In this document: piece after piece, positions 26,801 through 40,800 of the stretch
How positions within the stretch are numbered: position 1 is the stretch's first letter
Layout of the letters: each line of letters begins with the position of its first letter
Assembly (NCBI GenBank): GCA_964016885.1
Contig: OZ024740.1
Coordinates: 440,944,001-441,008,000, forward strand
From: Eledone cirrhosa
Taxonomy: Eukaryota
Length of the DNA stretch: 64,000 nt
Direction: 5' to 3'
The notes under the pieces: model-generated
Told to the model about the DNA's origin: nothing
The model's input: the letters and a program-made list of their open reading frames with translations, nothing else
Databases searched by the model: none
Program-made: the position numbers and the translations under genes

Positions 26801-29800
26801 TAGTGTTGGTTCTCACATAGTAGTGTTGGTTCTCACATAGTAGTGTGGGTTCTAACATAGTGGTGTGGGTTCTCACATAGAAGTGTTAGTTCTAACATAG
26901 TAGTGTTGGTTCTCACATAGTAGTGTTGGTTCTCACATAGTAGTGTTGGTTCTAACATATTAGTGTTGGTTCTAACATAGTAGTGTTGGTTCTAATATAG
27001 TAGTGTTGGTTCTAACATAGTAGTGTTGGTTCTCACATAGTAGTGCAGGTTCTAACATAGTAGGGTTGGTTCTAGCATAGTAGTGTTGGTTCTCACATAG
27101 TAGTATTGGTTCTCACATAGTAGTGTTGGTTCTCACATAGTAGTGTTCGTTCTCACATAGTAGTGTTGGTTCTCACATAGTAGTGTTGGTTCTAAAATAG
27201 TAGTGTTTGTTCTAACATAGTAGTGTTGGTTCTCACATAGTAGTGTTGGTTCTCACATAGTAGTGTTGGTTCTCACATAGTAGTGTTAGTTCTCACATAG
27301 TAGTGTTGTTTCTCACATAGTAGTGTTGGTTCTCACATAGTAGTGTTGGTTCTAACATAGTAGTGTTGGTTCTAACATAGTAGTGTTGGTTCTCACATAG
27401 TAGTGTTGGTTCTAACATAGTAGTGTTGGTTCTCACATAGTAGTGTTGGTTCTCACATAGTAGTGTTGGTTCTAACCTAGTAGTGTTGGTTCTAACATAG
27501 TAGTGTTGGTTCTCACATAGTAGTGTTGGTTCTCACATAGTAGTGTTGGTTCTCACATAGTAGTGTTGGTTCTCACATAGTAGGGTTGGTTCTCACATAG
27601 TAGTGTTGGTTCTCACATAGTAGTGTTGGTTCTCACATAGTAGTGTTGGTTCTAACATAGTGGTGTTGGTTCTAACATAGTAGTGTTGGTTCTAACATAG
27701 TAGTGTTGGTTCTCACATAGTAGTGTTGGTTCTAACATAGTAGTGTTGGTTCTAACATAGTAGTGTTGGTTCTAACATAGTAGTGTTGGTTCTAACCTTG
27801 TAGTGTTGGTTCTCACATAGTAGTGTATGTTCTAACATAGTAGTGTTGGTTCTAACATAGTAGGGTTGGTTCTAACATAGTAGTGTTGGTTCTCACATAG
27901 TAGTGTTGGTTCTAATATAGTAGCGTTGGTTCTAACATAGTAGGGTTGGTTCTAACATAGTAGTGTTGGTTCTCACATAGTAGTGTTGGTTCTAATATAG
28001 TAGTGTTGGTTCTCACATAGTAGTGTAGGTTCTAACATAGTAGTGTTGGTTCTAACATAGTAGTGTTGGTTCTCACATAGTAGTGTTGGTTCTCACATAG
28101 TATTATTGGTTCTAACATAGTAGTGCTGGTTCTCACATAGTAGTGTTGGTTCTCACATAGTAGGGTTGGTTCTAACATAGTAAGGTTGGTTCTAACATAG
28201 TAGTGTTGGTTCTAACATAGTAGTGTTGGTTCTCACATAGTAGTGTTGGTCCTAATATAGTAGGGTTGGTTCTAACATAGTAGTGTTGGTTCTCACATAG
28301 TAGTGTTGGTTCTAATATAGTAGGGTTGGTTCTCACATAGTAGGGTTGTTTCTAACATAGTAGTGTTGGTTCTCACATAGTAGTGTTGGTTCTCACATAG
28401 TACGGTTGTTCTAACATAGTAGGGTTGGTTCTAACATAGTAGTGTTGGTTCTAATATAGTAGTGTTGGTTCTAACATAGTAGTGTTGGTTCTAACATAGT
28501 AAGGTTGGTTCTAACATAGTAGTGTTGGTTCTAACATAGTAGTTGGTTCTAACATAGTAGTGTTGGTTCTAACATAGTAGTGTTGGTTCTCACATAGTAG
28601 GGTTGGTTCTAACATAGTAGTGTTGGTTCTAACATAGTAGTGTTGGTTCTAACATAGTAGTGTTGGTTCTAACCTAGTAGAGTTGGTTCTAACATAGTAG
28701 TGTTGGTTCTCACATAGTAGTGTTGGTTCTAACATAGTAGTGTTGGTTCTCACATAGTAGTGTTGGTTCTCACATAGTAGTGTTGGTTCTCACATAGTAG
28801 TGTTGGTTCTCACATAGTAATGTTGGTTCTAACATAGTAGTGTTGGTTCTAACATAGTAGTGTTGGTTCTCACATAGTAGTGTTGGTTCTCACATAGTAG
28901 TGTTGGTTCTAACGTAGTAGTGTTGGTTCTAACATAGTAGTGTTGGTTCTAACATAGTAGTGTTGGTTCTAACATAGTAGTGTTGGTTCTAACATAGTAG
29001 TGTTGGTTCTAACCTAGTAGTGTTGGTTCTTACATAGTAGTGTTGGTTCTCACATAGTAGTGTTGGTTCTAACATAGTAGTGTTGGTTCTAACATAGTAG
29101 TGTTGGTTCTCACATAGTAGTGTTGGTTCTCACATACTAGTGTTGGTTCTCACATAGTAATGTTGGTTCTCACATAGTAGTGTTGGTTCTAACATAGTAG
29201 TGTTGGTTCTTACATTGTAGTGTTGGTTCTCACATAGTAGTGTTGGTTCTAACGTAGTATATTTGGTTCTAACATAGTAGTGTTGGTTCTCACATAGTAG
29301 TGTTGGTTCTAACATAGTAGTGTTGGTTCTAACATAGTAGTGTTGGTTCTAACGTAGTAGTGTTGGTTCTAACATAGTAGTGTTGGTTCTAACGTAGTAG
29401 TGTTGGTTCTAACATAGTAGTGTTGGTTCTCACATAGTAGTGTTGGTTCTAACGTAGTAGTGTTGGTTCTAACATAGTAGTGTTGGTTCTAACATAGTAG
29501 TGTTGGTTCTAACATAGTAGTGTTGGTTCTCACATAGTAGTGTTGGTTCTAACGTAGTAGTGTTGGTTCTAACATAGTAGTGTTGGTTCTAACATAGTAG
29601 TGTTGGTTCTAACATAGTAGTGTTGGTTCTCACATAGTAGTGTTGGTTCTCACATAGTAGTGTTCGTTCTCACATAGTAGTGTTGGTTCTAACATAGTAG
29701 TGTTGGTTCTTACATTGTAGTGTTGGTTCTCACATAGTAGTGTTGGTTCTAACGTAGTATATTTGGTTCTAACATAGTAGTGTTGGTTCTCACATAGTAG

Positions 29801-32800
29801 TGTTGGTTCTAACATAGTAGTGTTGGTTCTAACATAGTAGTGTTGGTTCTCACATAGAAGTGCAGGTTCTAACATAGTAGGGTTGGTTCTAGCATAGTAG
29901 TGTTGGTTCTCACATAGTAGTGTTGGCTCTAACAAAGTAGTGTTGGTTCTAACATAGTAGTGTTGGTTCTCACATAGTAGTGTTGGTTCTAACATAGTAG
30001 TGTTGGTTCTAACATAGTAGTGTTGGTTCTCACATAGTAGTGTTGGTTCTCACATAGTAGTGTGGGTTCTAACATAGTGGTGTGGGTTCTCACATAGAAG
30101 TGTTAGTTCTAACATAGTAGTGTTGGTTCTCACATAGTAGTGTTGGTTCTCACATAGTAGTGTTGGTTCTAACATATTAGTGTTGGTTCTAACATAGTAG
30201 TGTTGGTTCTAATATAGTAGTGTTGGTTCTAACATAGTAGTGTTGGTTCTCACATAGTAGTGCAGGTTCTAACATAGTAGGGTTGGTTCTAGCATAGTAG
30301 TGTTGGTTCTCACATAGTAGTATTGGTTCTCACATAGTAGTGTTGGTTCTCACATAGTAGTGTTCGTTCTCACATAGTAGTGTTGGTTCTCACATAGTAG
30401 TGTTGGTTCTAAAATAGTAGTGTTTGTTCTAACATAGTAGTGTTGGTTCTCACATAGTAGTGTTGGTTCTCACATAGTAGTGTTGGTTCTCACATAGTAG
30501 TGTTAGTTCTCACATAGTAGTGTTGTTTCTCACATAGTAGTGTTGGTTCTCACATAGTAGTGTTGGTTCTAACATAGTAGTGTTGGTTCTAACATAGTAG
30601 TGTTGGTTCTCACATAGTAGTGTTGGTTCTAACATAGTAGTGTTGGTTCTCACATAGTAGTGTTGGTTCTCACATAGTAGTGTTGGTTCTAACCTAGTAG
30701 TGTTGGTTCTAACATAGTAGTGTTGGTTCTCACATAGTAGTGTTGGTTCTCACATAGTAGTGTTGGTTCTCACATAGTAGTGTTGGTTCTCACATAGTAG
30801 GGTTGGTTCTCACATAGTAGTGTTGGTTCTCACATAGTAGTGTTGGTTCTCACATAGTAGTGTTGGTTCTAACATAGTGGTGTTGGTTCTAACATAGTAG
30901 TGTTGGTTCTAACATAGTAGTGTTGGTTCTCACATAGTAGTGTTGGTTCTAACATAGTAGTGTTGGTTCTAACATAGTAGTGTTGGTTCTAACATAGTAG
31001 TGTTGGTTCTAACCTTGTAGTGTTGGTTCTCACATAGTAGTGTATGTTCTAACATAGTAGTGTTGGTTCTAACATAGTAGGGTTGGTTCTAACATAGTAG
31101 TGTTGGTTCTCACATAGTAGTGTTGGTTCTAATATAGTAGCGTTGGTTCTAACATAGTAGGGTTGGTTCTAACATAGTAGTGTTGGTTCTCACATAGTAG
31201 TGTTGGTTCTAATATAGTAGTGTTGGTTCTCACATAGTAGTGTAGGTTCTAACATAGTAGTGTTGGTTCTAACATAGTAGTGTTGGTTCTCACATAGTAG
31301 TGTTGGTTCTCACATAGTATTATTGGTTCTAACATAGTAGTGCTGGTTCTCACATAGTAGTGTTGGTTCTCACATAGTAGGGTTGGTTCTAACATAGTAA
31401 GGTTGGTTCTAACATAGTAGTGTTGGTTCTAACATAGTAGTGTTGGTTCTCACATAGTAGTGTTGGTCCTAATATAGTAGGGTTGGTTCTAACATAGTAG
31501 TGTTGGTTCTCACATAGTAGTGTTGGTTCTAATATAGTAGGGTTGGTTCTCACATAGTAGGGTTGTTTCTAACATAGTAGTGTTGGTTCTCACATAGTAG
31601 TGTTGGTTCTCACATAGTACGGTTGTTCTAACATAGTAGGGTTGGTTCTAACATAGTAGTGTTGGTTCTAATATAGTAGTGTTGGTTCTAACATAGTAGT
31701 GTTGGTTCTAACATAGTAAGGTTGGTTCTAACATAGTAGTGTTGGTTCTAACATAGTAGTTGGTTCTAACATAGTAGTGTTGGTTCTAACATAGTAGTGT
31801 TGGTTCTCACATAGTAGGGTTGGTTCTAACATAGTAGTGTTGGTTCTAACATAGTAGTGTTGGTTCTAACATAGTAGTGTTGGTTCTAACCTAGTAGAGT
31901 TGGTTCTAACATAGTAGTGTTGGTTCTCACATAGTAGTGTTGGTTCTAACATAGTAGTGTTGGTTCTCACATAGTAGTGTTGGTTCTCACATAGTAGTGT
32001 TGGTTCTCACATAGTAGTGTTGGTTCTCACATAGTAATGTTGGTTCTAACATAGTAGTGTTGGTTCTAACATAGTAGTGTTGGTTCTCACATAGTAGTGT
32101 TGGTTCTCACATAGTAGTGTTGGTTCTAACGTAGTAGTGTTGGTTCTAACATAGTAGTGTTGGTTCTAACATAGTAGTGTTGGTTCTAACATAGTAGTGT
32201 TGGTTCTAACATAGTAGTGTTGGTTCTAACCTAGTAGTGTTGGTTCTTACATAGTAGTGTTGGTTCTCACATAGTAGTGTTGGTTCTAACATAGTAGTGT
32301 TGGTTCTAACATAGTAGTGTTGGTTCTCACATAGTAGTGTTGGTTCTCACATACTAGTGTTGGTTCTCACATAGTAATGTTGGTTCTCACATAGTAGTGT
32401 TGGTTCTAACATAGTAGTGTTGGTTCTTACATTGTAGTGTTGGTTCTCACATAGTAGTGTTGGTTCTAACGTAGTATATTTGGTTCTAACATAGTAGTGT
32501 TGGTTCTCACATAGTAGTGTTGGTTCTAACATAGTAGTGTTGGTTCTAACATAGTAGTGTTGGTTCTAACGTAGTAGTGTTGGTTCTAACATAGTAGTGT
32601 TGGTTCTAACGTAGTAGTGTTGGTTCTAACATAGTAGTGTTGGTTCTCACATAGTAGTGTTGGTTCTAACGTAGTAGTGTTGGTTCTAACATAGTAGTGT
32701 TGGTTCTAACATAGTAGTGTTGGTTCTAACATAGTAGTGTTGGTTCTCACATAGTAGTGTTGGTTCTAACGTAGTAGTGTTGGTTCTAACATAGTAGTGT

Positions 32801-32830
32801 TGGTTCTAACATAGTAGTGTTGGTTCTAAC
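23900..32830. repeat. Triplicated chimeric A/B block (periods 2,717 and 3,217 bp)
   Basis: AAGTGCAGG at 23924/26641/29858 and TACGGTTGTT at 25684/28401/31618. 2717 = 136x20 - 3 (one -1 and one -2 monomer); the second period carries an extra 500 bp. Confidence 0.88.
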
Positions 32831-34899
32831 ATAGTAGTGTTGGTTCTAACATAGTAGTGTTGGTTCTCACATAGTAGTGTTGGTTCTAACGTAGTAGTGT
32901 TGGTTCTAACATAGTAGTGTTGGTTCTCACATAGTAGTGTTGGTTCTAACATAGTAGTGTTGGTTCTAACATAGTAGTGTTGGTTCTCACATAGTAGTGT
33001 TTGTTCTAACATGGTAGTGTTGGTTCTCACATAGTAGTGTTGGTTCTAACATTGTAGTGTTGGTTCTCACATAGTAGGGTTGGTTCTAATATAGTAGTGT
33101 TGGTCCTCACATAGTAGTGTAGGTTCTAACATAGTAGTGTTGGTTCTAACATAGTAGTGTTGGTTCTCACATAGTAGTATTGGTTCTAACATAGTAGTGT
33201 TGGTTCTCACATAGTAGTATTGGTTCTCACATAGTAGGGTTGGTTCTAATATAGTAGGGTTAGTTCTAACATAGTAGTGTTGGTTCTCACATAGTAGGGT
33301 TGGTTCTAACATAGTAGGGTTGGTTCTAACATAGTAGTGTTGGTTCTCACATAGTAGTGTTGGTTCTAATATAGTAGCGTTGGTTCTAACATAGTAGGGT
33401 TGGTTCTAACATAGTAGTGTTGTTTCTCACATAGTAGTGTTGGTTCTAATATAGTAGTGTTGATTCTCACATAGTAGTGTAGGTTCTAACATAGTAGTGT
33501 TGGTTCTAACATAGTAGTGTTGGTTCTCACATAGTAGTGTTGGTTCTCACATAGTATTATTGGTTCTAACATAGTAGTGCTGGTTCTCACATAGTAGTGT
33601 TGGTTCTCACATAGTAGGGTTGGTTCTAACATAGTAAGGTTGGTTCTAACATAGTAGTGTTGGTTCTAACATAGTAGTGTTGGTTCTCACATAGTAGTGT
33701 TGGTCCTAATATAGTAGGGTTGGTTCTAACATAGTAGTGTTGGTTCTCACATAGTAGTGTTGGTTCTAATATAGTAGGGTTGGTTCTCACATAGTAGGGT
33801 TGTTTCTAACATAGTAGTGTTGGTTCTCACATAGTAGTGTTGGTTCTCACATAGTACGGTTGGTTCTAACATAGTAGTGTTGGTTCTAACATAGTAGTTG
33901 GTTCTAACATAGTAGTGTTGGTTCTAACATAGTAGTGTTGGTTCTAACATAGTAAGGTTGGTTCTAACATAGTAGTGTTGGTTCTAACATAGTAGTTGGT
34001 TCTAACATAGTAGTGTTGGTTCTAACATAGTAGTGTTGGTTCTCACATAGTAGGGTTGGTTCTAACATAGTAGTGTTGGTTCTAACCTAGTAGTGTTGGT
34101 TCTAACATAGTAGTGTTGGTTCTCACATAGTAGTGTTGGTTCTAACATAGTAGTGTTGGTTCTCACATAGTAGTGTTGGTTCTCACATAGTAGTGTTGGT
34201 TCTCACATAGTAGTGTTGGTTCTCACATAGTAATGTTGGTTCTAACATAGTAGTGTTGGTTCTAACATAGTAGTGTTGGTTCTCACATAGTAGTGTTGGT
34301 TCTCACATAGTAGTGTTGGTTCTAACGTAGTAGTGTTGGTTCTAACATAGTAGTGTTGGTTCTAACATAGTAGTGTTGGTTCTAACATAGTAGTGTTGGT
34401 TCTAACATAGTAGTGTTGGTTCTAACCTAGTAGTGTTGGTTCTAACATAGTAGTGTTGGTTCTCACATAGTAGTGTTGGTTCTAACATAGTAGTGTTGGT
34501 TCTAACATAGTAGTGTTGGTTCTCACATAGTAGTGTTGGTTCTCACATGCTAGTGTTGGTTCTCACATAGTAATGTTGGTTCTCACATAGTAGTGTTGGT
34601 TCTAACATAGTAGTGTTGGTTCTAACATTGTAGTGTTGGTTCTCACATAGTAGTGTTGGTTCTAACGTAGTATATTTGGTTCTAACATAGTAGTGTTGGT
34701 TCTCACATAGTAGTGTTGGTTCTAACATAGTAGTGTTGGTTCTAACATAGTAGTGTTGGTTCTAACGTAGTAGTGTTGGTTCTAACATAGTAGTGTTGGT
34801 TCTAACGTAGTAGTGTTGGTTCTAACATAGTAGTGTTGGTTCTCACATAGTAGTGTTGGTTCTAACGTAGTAGTGTTGGTTCTAACATAGTAGTGTTGG

Positions 34900-37800
34900 T
34901 TCTAACATAGTAGTGTTGGTTCTAACATAGTAGTGTTGGTTCTCACATAGTAGTGTTGGTTCTAACGTAGTAGTGTTGGTTCTAACATAGTAGTGTTGGT
35001 TCTCACATAATAGTGTTGGTTCTAACATAGTAGTGTTGGTTCTAACATAGTAGTGTTGGTTATCACATAGTAGTGTTGGTTCTAACGTAGTAGTGTTGGT
35101 TCTAACATAGTAGTGTTGGTTCTCACATAGTAGTGTTGGTTCTAACATAGTAGTGTTGGTTCTAACATAGTAGTGTTGGTTCTCACATAGTAGTGTTGGT
35201 TCTAACGTAGTAGTGTTGGTTCTCACATAGTACGGTTGTTCTAACATAGTAGGGATGGTTCTAACATAGTAGTGTTGGTTCTAATATAGTACTGTTGGTT
35301 CTAACATAGTAGTGTTGGTTCTAACATAGTAAGGTTGGTTCTAACATAGTAGTGTTGGTTCTAACATAGTAGTTGGTTCTAACATAGTAGTGTTGGTTCT
35401 AACATAGTAGTGTTGGTTCTCACATAGTAGGGTTGGTTCTAACATAGTAGTGTTGGTTCTAACATAGTAGTGTTGGTTCTACCATAGTACTGTTTGTTCT
35501 AACATAGTAGTGTTGGTTCTAACCTAGTAGTGTTGGTTCTAACATAGTAGTGTTGGTTCTCACATAGTAGTGTTGGTTCTAACATAGTAGTGTTGGTTCT
35601 CACATAGTAGTGTTGGTTCTAACATAGTAGTGTTGGTTCTCACATAGTAGTGTTGGTTCTAACATAGTAGTGTTGGTTCTCTCATAGTAGTGTTGGTTCT
35701 CACATAGTAGTGTTGGTTCTCACATACTAGTGTTGGTTCTCACATAGTAATGTTGGTTCTCACATAGTAGTGTTGGTTCTAACATAGTAGTGTTGGTTCT
35801 AACATTGTAGTGTTGGTTCTCACATATTAGTGTTGGTTCTAACATAGTAGTGTTGGTTCTAACATAGTAGTGTTGGTTCTAACATAGTAGTGTTGGTTCT
35901 AACATAGTAGTGTTGGTTTTTACATTGTAGTGTTGTTGCTAACATAGTAGGCTTGGTTCTAACATAGTAGTGTTGGTTCTCACATAGTAGTGTTGATTCT
36001 AACATAGTAGTGTTGGTTCTAACATAGTAGTGTTGGTTCTAACATATTAGTGTTGGTTCTAACATAGTAGTGTTTATTCTAACATAGTAGTGTTGGTTCT
36101 AACATAGTAGTGTTGTTTCTCACATAGTAGTGTTTGTTCTACAATAATAGTGTTGGTTCTAACATAGTAGTGTTGGTTCTAACATAGTAGTGTTGGTTCT
36201 AACATAGTAGTGTTGATTCTAACATAGTAGTGTTGGTTCTAACATAGTAGTGTTGGTTCTAACATATTAGTTTTGGTTCTAACATAGTAGTGTTTATTCT
36301 AACATAGTAGTGTTGGTTCTAACATAGTAGTGTTGGTTCTAACATAGTAGTGTTGGTTCTCACATAGTAGTGTTGGTTCTCACATAGTATTATTGGTTCT
36401 AACATAGTAGTGCTGGTTCGCACATAGTAGTGTTGGTTCTCACATAGTAGGGTTGGTTCTAACATAGTAGGCTTGGTTCTAACATAGTAGTGTTGGTTCT
36501 CACATAGTAGGGTTGGTTCTAACATAGTAGGGTTGGTTCTAACATAGTAGTGTTGGTTCTCACATAGTAGTGTTGCTTCTAATATAGTAGGGTTGGTTCT
36601 AACATAGTAGTGTTGGTTCGCACATAGTAGTGTTGGTTCTAATATAGTAGGGTTGGTTCTCACATAGTAGGGTTGTTTCTAATAGTAGTGTTGGTTCTCA
36701 CATAGTAGTGTTGGTTCTCACATAGTACGGTTGTTCTAACATAGTAGGGTTGGTTCTAACGTAGTAGTGTTGGTTCTCACATAGTAGTGTTGGTTCTCAC
36801 ATAGTAGTGTTGGTTCTAACATAGTAGTGTTGGTTCTCACATAGTACGGTTGTTCTAACATAGTAGGGTTGGTTCTAACATAGTAGTGTTGGTTCTAACA
36901 TAGTAGTGTTGGTTCTAACATAGTAGTGTTGGTTCTAACATAGTAAGGTTGGTTCTAACATAGTAGTGTTGGTTCTAACATAGTAGTTGGTTCTAAGATA
37001 GTAGTGTTGGTTCTAACATAGTAGTGTTGGTTCTCACATAGTAGGGTTGGTTCTAACATAGTAGTGTTGTTTCTAACATAGTGGTTTTGGTTCTAACGTA
37101 GTAGTGTTGGTTCAAACATAGTAGTGTTGGTTCTAACGTAGTAGTGTTGGTTCTAACATAGTAGTGTTGGTTCTCACATAGTAGTGTTGGTTCTAACGTA
37201 GTAGTGTTGGTTCTAACATAGTAGTGTTGGTTCTCACATAGTAGTGTTGGTTCTAACATAGTAGTGTTGGTTCTAACATAGTAGTGTTGGTTCTCACATA
37301 GTAGTGTTGGTTCTAACGTAGTAGTGTTGGTTCTAACGTAGTAGTGTTGGTTCTAACATAGTAGTGTTGGTTCTAACGTAGTAGTGTTGGTTCTAACATA
37401 GTAGTGTTGGTTCTCACATAGTAGTGTTGGTTCTAACGTAGTAGTGTTGGTTCTAACATAGTAGTGTTGGTTCTAACATAGTAGTGTTGGTTCTAACATA
37501 GTAGTGTTGGTTCTCACATAGTAGTGTTGGTTCTAACGTAGTAGTGTTGGTTCTAACATAGTAGTGTTGGTTCTCACATAGTAGTGTTGGTTCTAACATA
37601 GTAGTGTTGGTTCTAACATAGTAGTGTTGGTTCTCACATAGTAGTGTTGGTTCTAACGTAGTAGTGTTGGTTCTAACATAGTAGTGTTGGTTCTCACATA
37701 GTAGTGTTGGTTCTAACATAGTAGTGTTGGTTCTAACATAGTAGTGTTGGTTCTCACATAGTAGTGTTGGTTCTAACGTAGTAGTGTTGGTTCTCACATA

Positions 37801-40800
37801 GTACGGTTGTTCTAACATAGTAGGGATGGTTCTAACATAGTAGTGTTGGTTCTAATATAGTACTGTTGGTTCTAACATAGTAGTGTTCGTTCTAACATAG
37901 TAAGGTTGGTTCTAACATAGTAGTGTTGGTTCTAACATAGTAGTTGGTTCTAACATAGTAGTGTTGGTTCTAACATAGTAGTGTTGGTTCTCACATAGTA
38001 GGGTTGGTTCTAACATAGTAGTGTTGGTTCTAACATAGTAGTGTTGGTTCTAACATAGTACTGTTTGTTCTAACATAGTAGTGTTGGTTCTAACCTAGTA
38101 GTGTTGGTTCTAACATAGTAGTGTTGGTTCTCACATAGTAGTGTTGGTTCTAACATAGTAGTGTTGGTTCTCACATAGTAGTGTTGGTTCTAACATAGTA
38201 GTGTTGGTTCTCACATAGTAGTGTTGGTTCTAACATAGTAGTGTTGGTTCTCTCATAGTAGTGTTGGTTCTCACATAGTAGTGTTGGTTCTCACATACTA
38301 GTGTTGGTTCTCACATAGTAATGTTGGTTCTCACATAGTAGTGTTGGTTCTAACATAGTAGTGTTGGTTCTAACATTGTAGTGTTGGTTCTCACATATTA
38401 GTGTTGGTTCTAACATAGTAGTGTTGGTTCTAACATAGTAGTGTTGGTTCTAACATAGTAGTGTTGGTTCTAACATAGTAGTGTTGGTTTTTACATTGTA
38501 GTGTTGTTGCTAACATAGTAGGCTTGGTTCTAACATAGTAGTGTTGGTTCTCACATAGTAGTGTTGATTCTAACATAGTAGTGTTGGTTCTAACATAGTA
38601 GTGTTGGTTCTAACATATTAGTGTTGGTTCTAACATAGTAGTGTTTATTCTAACATAGTAGTGTTGGTTCTAACATAGTAGTGTTGGTTCTAACATAGTA
38701 GTGTTGGTTCTCACATAGTAGTGTTGGTTCTCACATAGTATTATTGGTTCTAACATAGTAGTGCTGGTTCGCACATAGTAGTGTTGGTTCTCACATAGTA
38801 GGGTTGGTTCTAACATAGTAGGCTTGGTTCTAACATAGTAGTGTTGGTTCTCACATAGTAGGGTTGGTTCTAACATAGTAGGGTTGGTTCTAACATAGTA
38901 GTGTTGGTTCTCACATAGTAGTGTTGCTTCTAATATAGTAGGGTTGGTTCTAACATAGTAGTGTTGGTTCGCACATAGTAGTGTTGGTTCTAATATAGTA
39001 GGGTTGGTTCTCACATAGTAGGGTTGTTTCTAATAGTAGTGTTGGTTCTCACATAGTAGTGTTGGTTCTCACATAGTACGGTTGTTCTAACATAGTAGGG
39101 TTGGTTCTAACGTAGTAGTGTTGGTTCTCACATAGTAGTGTTGGTTCTCACATAGTAGTGTTGGTTCTAACATAGTAGTGTTGGTTCTCACATAGTACGG
39201 TTGTTCTAACATAGTAGGGTTGGTTCTAACATAGTAGTGTTGGTTCTAACATAGTAGTCTTGGTTCTAACATAGTAGTGTTGGTTCTAACATAGTAAGGT
39301 TGGTTCTAACATAGTAGTGTTGGTTCTAACATAGTAGTTGGTTCTAAGATAGTAGTGTTGGTTCTAACATAGTAGTGTTGGTTCTCACATAGTAGGGTTG
39401 GTTCTAACATAGTAGTGTTGTTTCTAACATATTGGTTTTGGTTCTAACGTAGTAGTGTTGGTTCAAACATAGTAATGTTGGTTCTAACGTAGTAGTGTTG
39501 GTTCTAACATAGTAGTGTTGGTTCTCACATAGTAGTGTTGGTTCTAACGTAGTAGTGTTGGTTCTAACATAGTAGTGTTGGTTCTCACATAGTAGTGTTG
39601 GTTCTAACATAGTAGTGTTGGTTCTAACATAGTAGTGTTGGTTCTCACATAGTAGTGTTGGTTCTAACGTAGTAGTGTTGGTTCTCACATAGTAGTGTTG
39701 GTTCTAACATAGTAGTGTTGGTTCTCACATAGTACGGTTGTTCTAACATATTAGTGTTGGTTCTAACATAGTAGTGTTTATTCTAACATAGTAGTGTTGG
39801 TTCTAACATAGTAGTGTTGGTTCTAACATAGTAGTGTTGGTTCTCACATAGTAGTGTTGGTTCTCACATAGTATTATTGGTTCTAACATAGTAGTGCTGG
39901 TTCTCACATAGTAGTGTTGGTTCTCACATAGTAGGGTTGGTTCTAACATAGTAGGCTTGGTTCTAACATAGTAGTGTTGGTTCTCACATAGTAGGGTTGG
40001 TTCTAACATAGTAGGGTTGGTTCTAACATAGTAGTGTTGGTTCTCACATAGTAGTGTTGCTTCTAATATAGTAGGGTTGGTTCTCACATAGTAGTGTTGG
40101 TTCTAACGTAGTAGTGTTGGTTCTCACATAGTACGGTTGTTCTAACATAGTAGGGATGGTTCTAACATAGTAGTGTTGGTTCTAATATAGTACTGTTGGT
40201 TCTAACATAGTAGTGTTGGTTCTAACATAGTAAGGTTGGTTCTAACATAGTAGTGTTGGTTCTAACATAGTAGTTGGTTCTAACATAGTAGTGTTGGTTC
40301 TAACATAGTAGTGTTGGTTCTCACATAGTAGGGTTGGTTCTAACATAGTAGTGTTGGTTCTAACATAGTAGTGTTGGTTCTAACATAGTACTGTTTGTTC
40401 TAACATAGTAGTGTTGGTTCTAACCTAGTAGTGTTGGTTCTAACATAGTAGTGTTGGTTCTCACATAGTAGTGTTGGTTCTCACATAGTACGGTTGTTCT
40501 AACATAGTAGAGTTGGTTCTAACATAGTAGTGTTGGTTCTAATATAGTAGTGTTGGTTCTAACATAGTAGTGTTGGTTCTAACATAGTAAGGTTGGTTCT
40601 AACATAGTAGTGTTGGTTCTAACATAGTAGTTGGTTCTAACATAGTAGTGTTGGTTCTAACATAGTAGTGTTGGTTCTCACATAGTAGGGTTGGTTCTAA
40701 CATAGTAGTGTTGGTTCTAACATAGTAGTGTTGGTTCTAACATAGTAGTGTTGGTTCTAACCTAGTAGTGTTGGTTCTAACATAGTAGTGTTGGTTCTCA

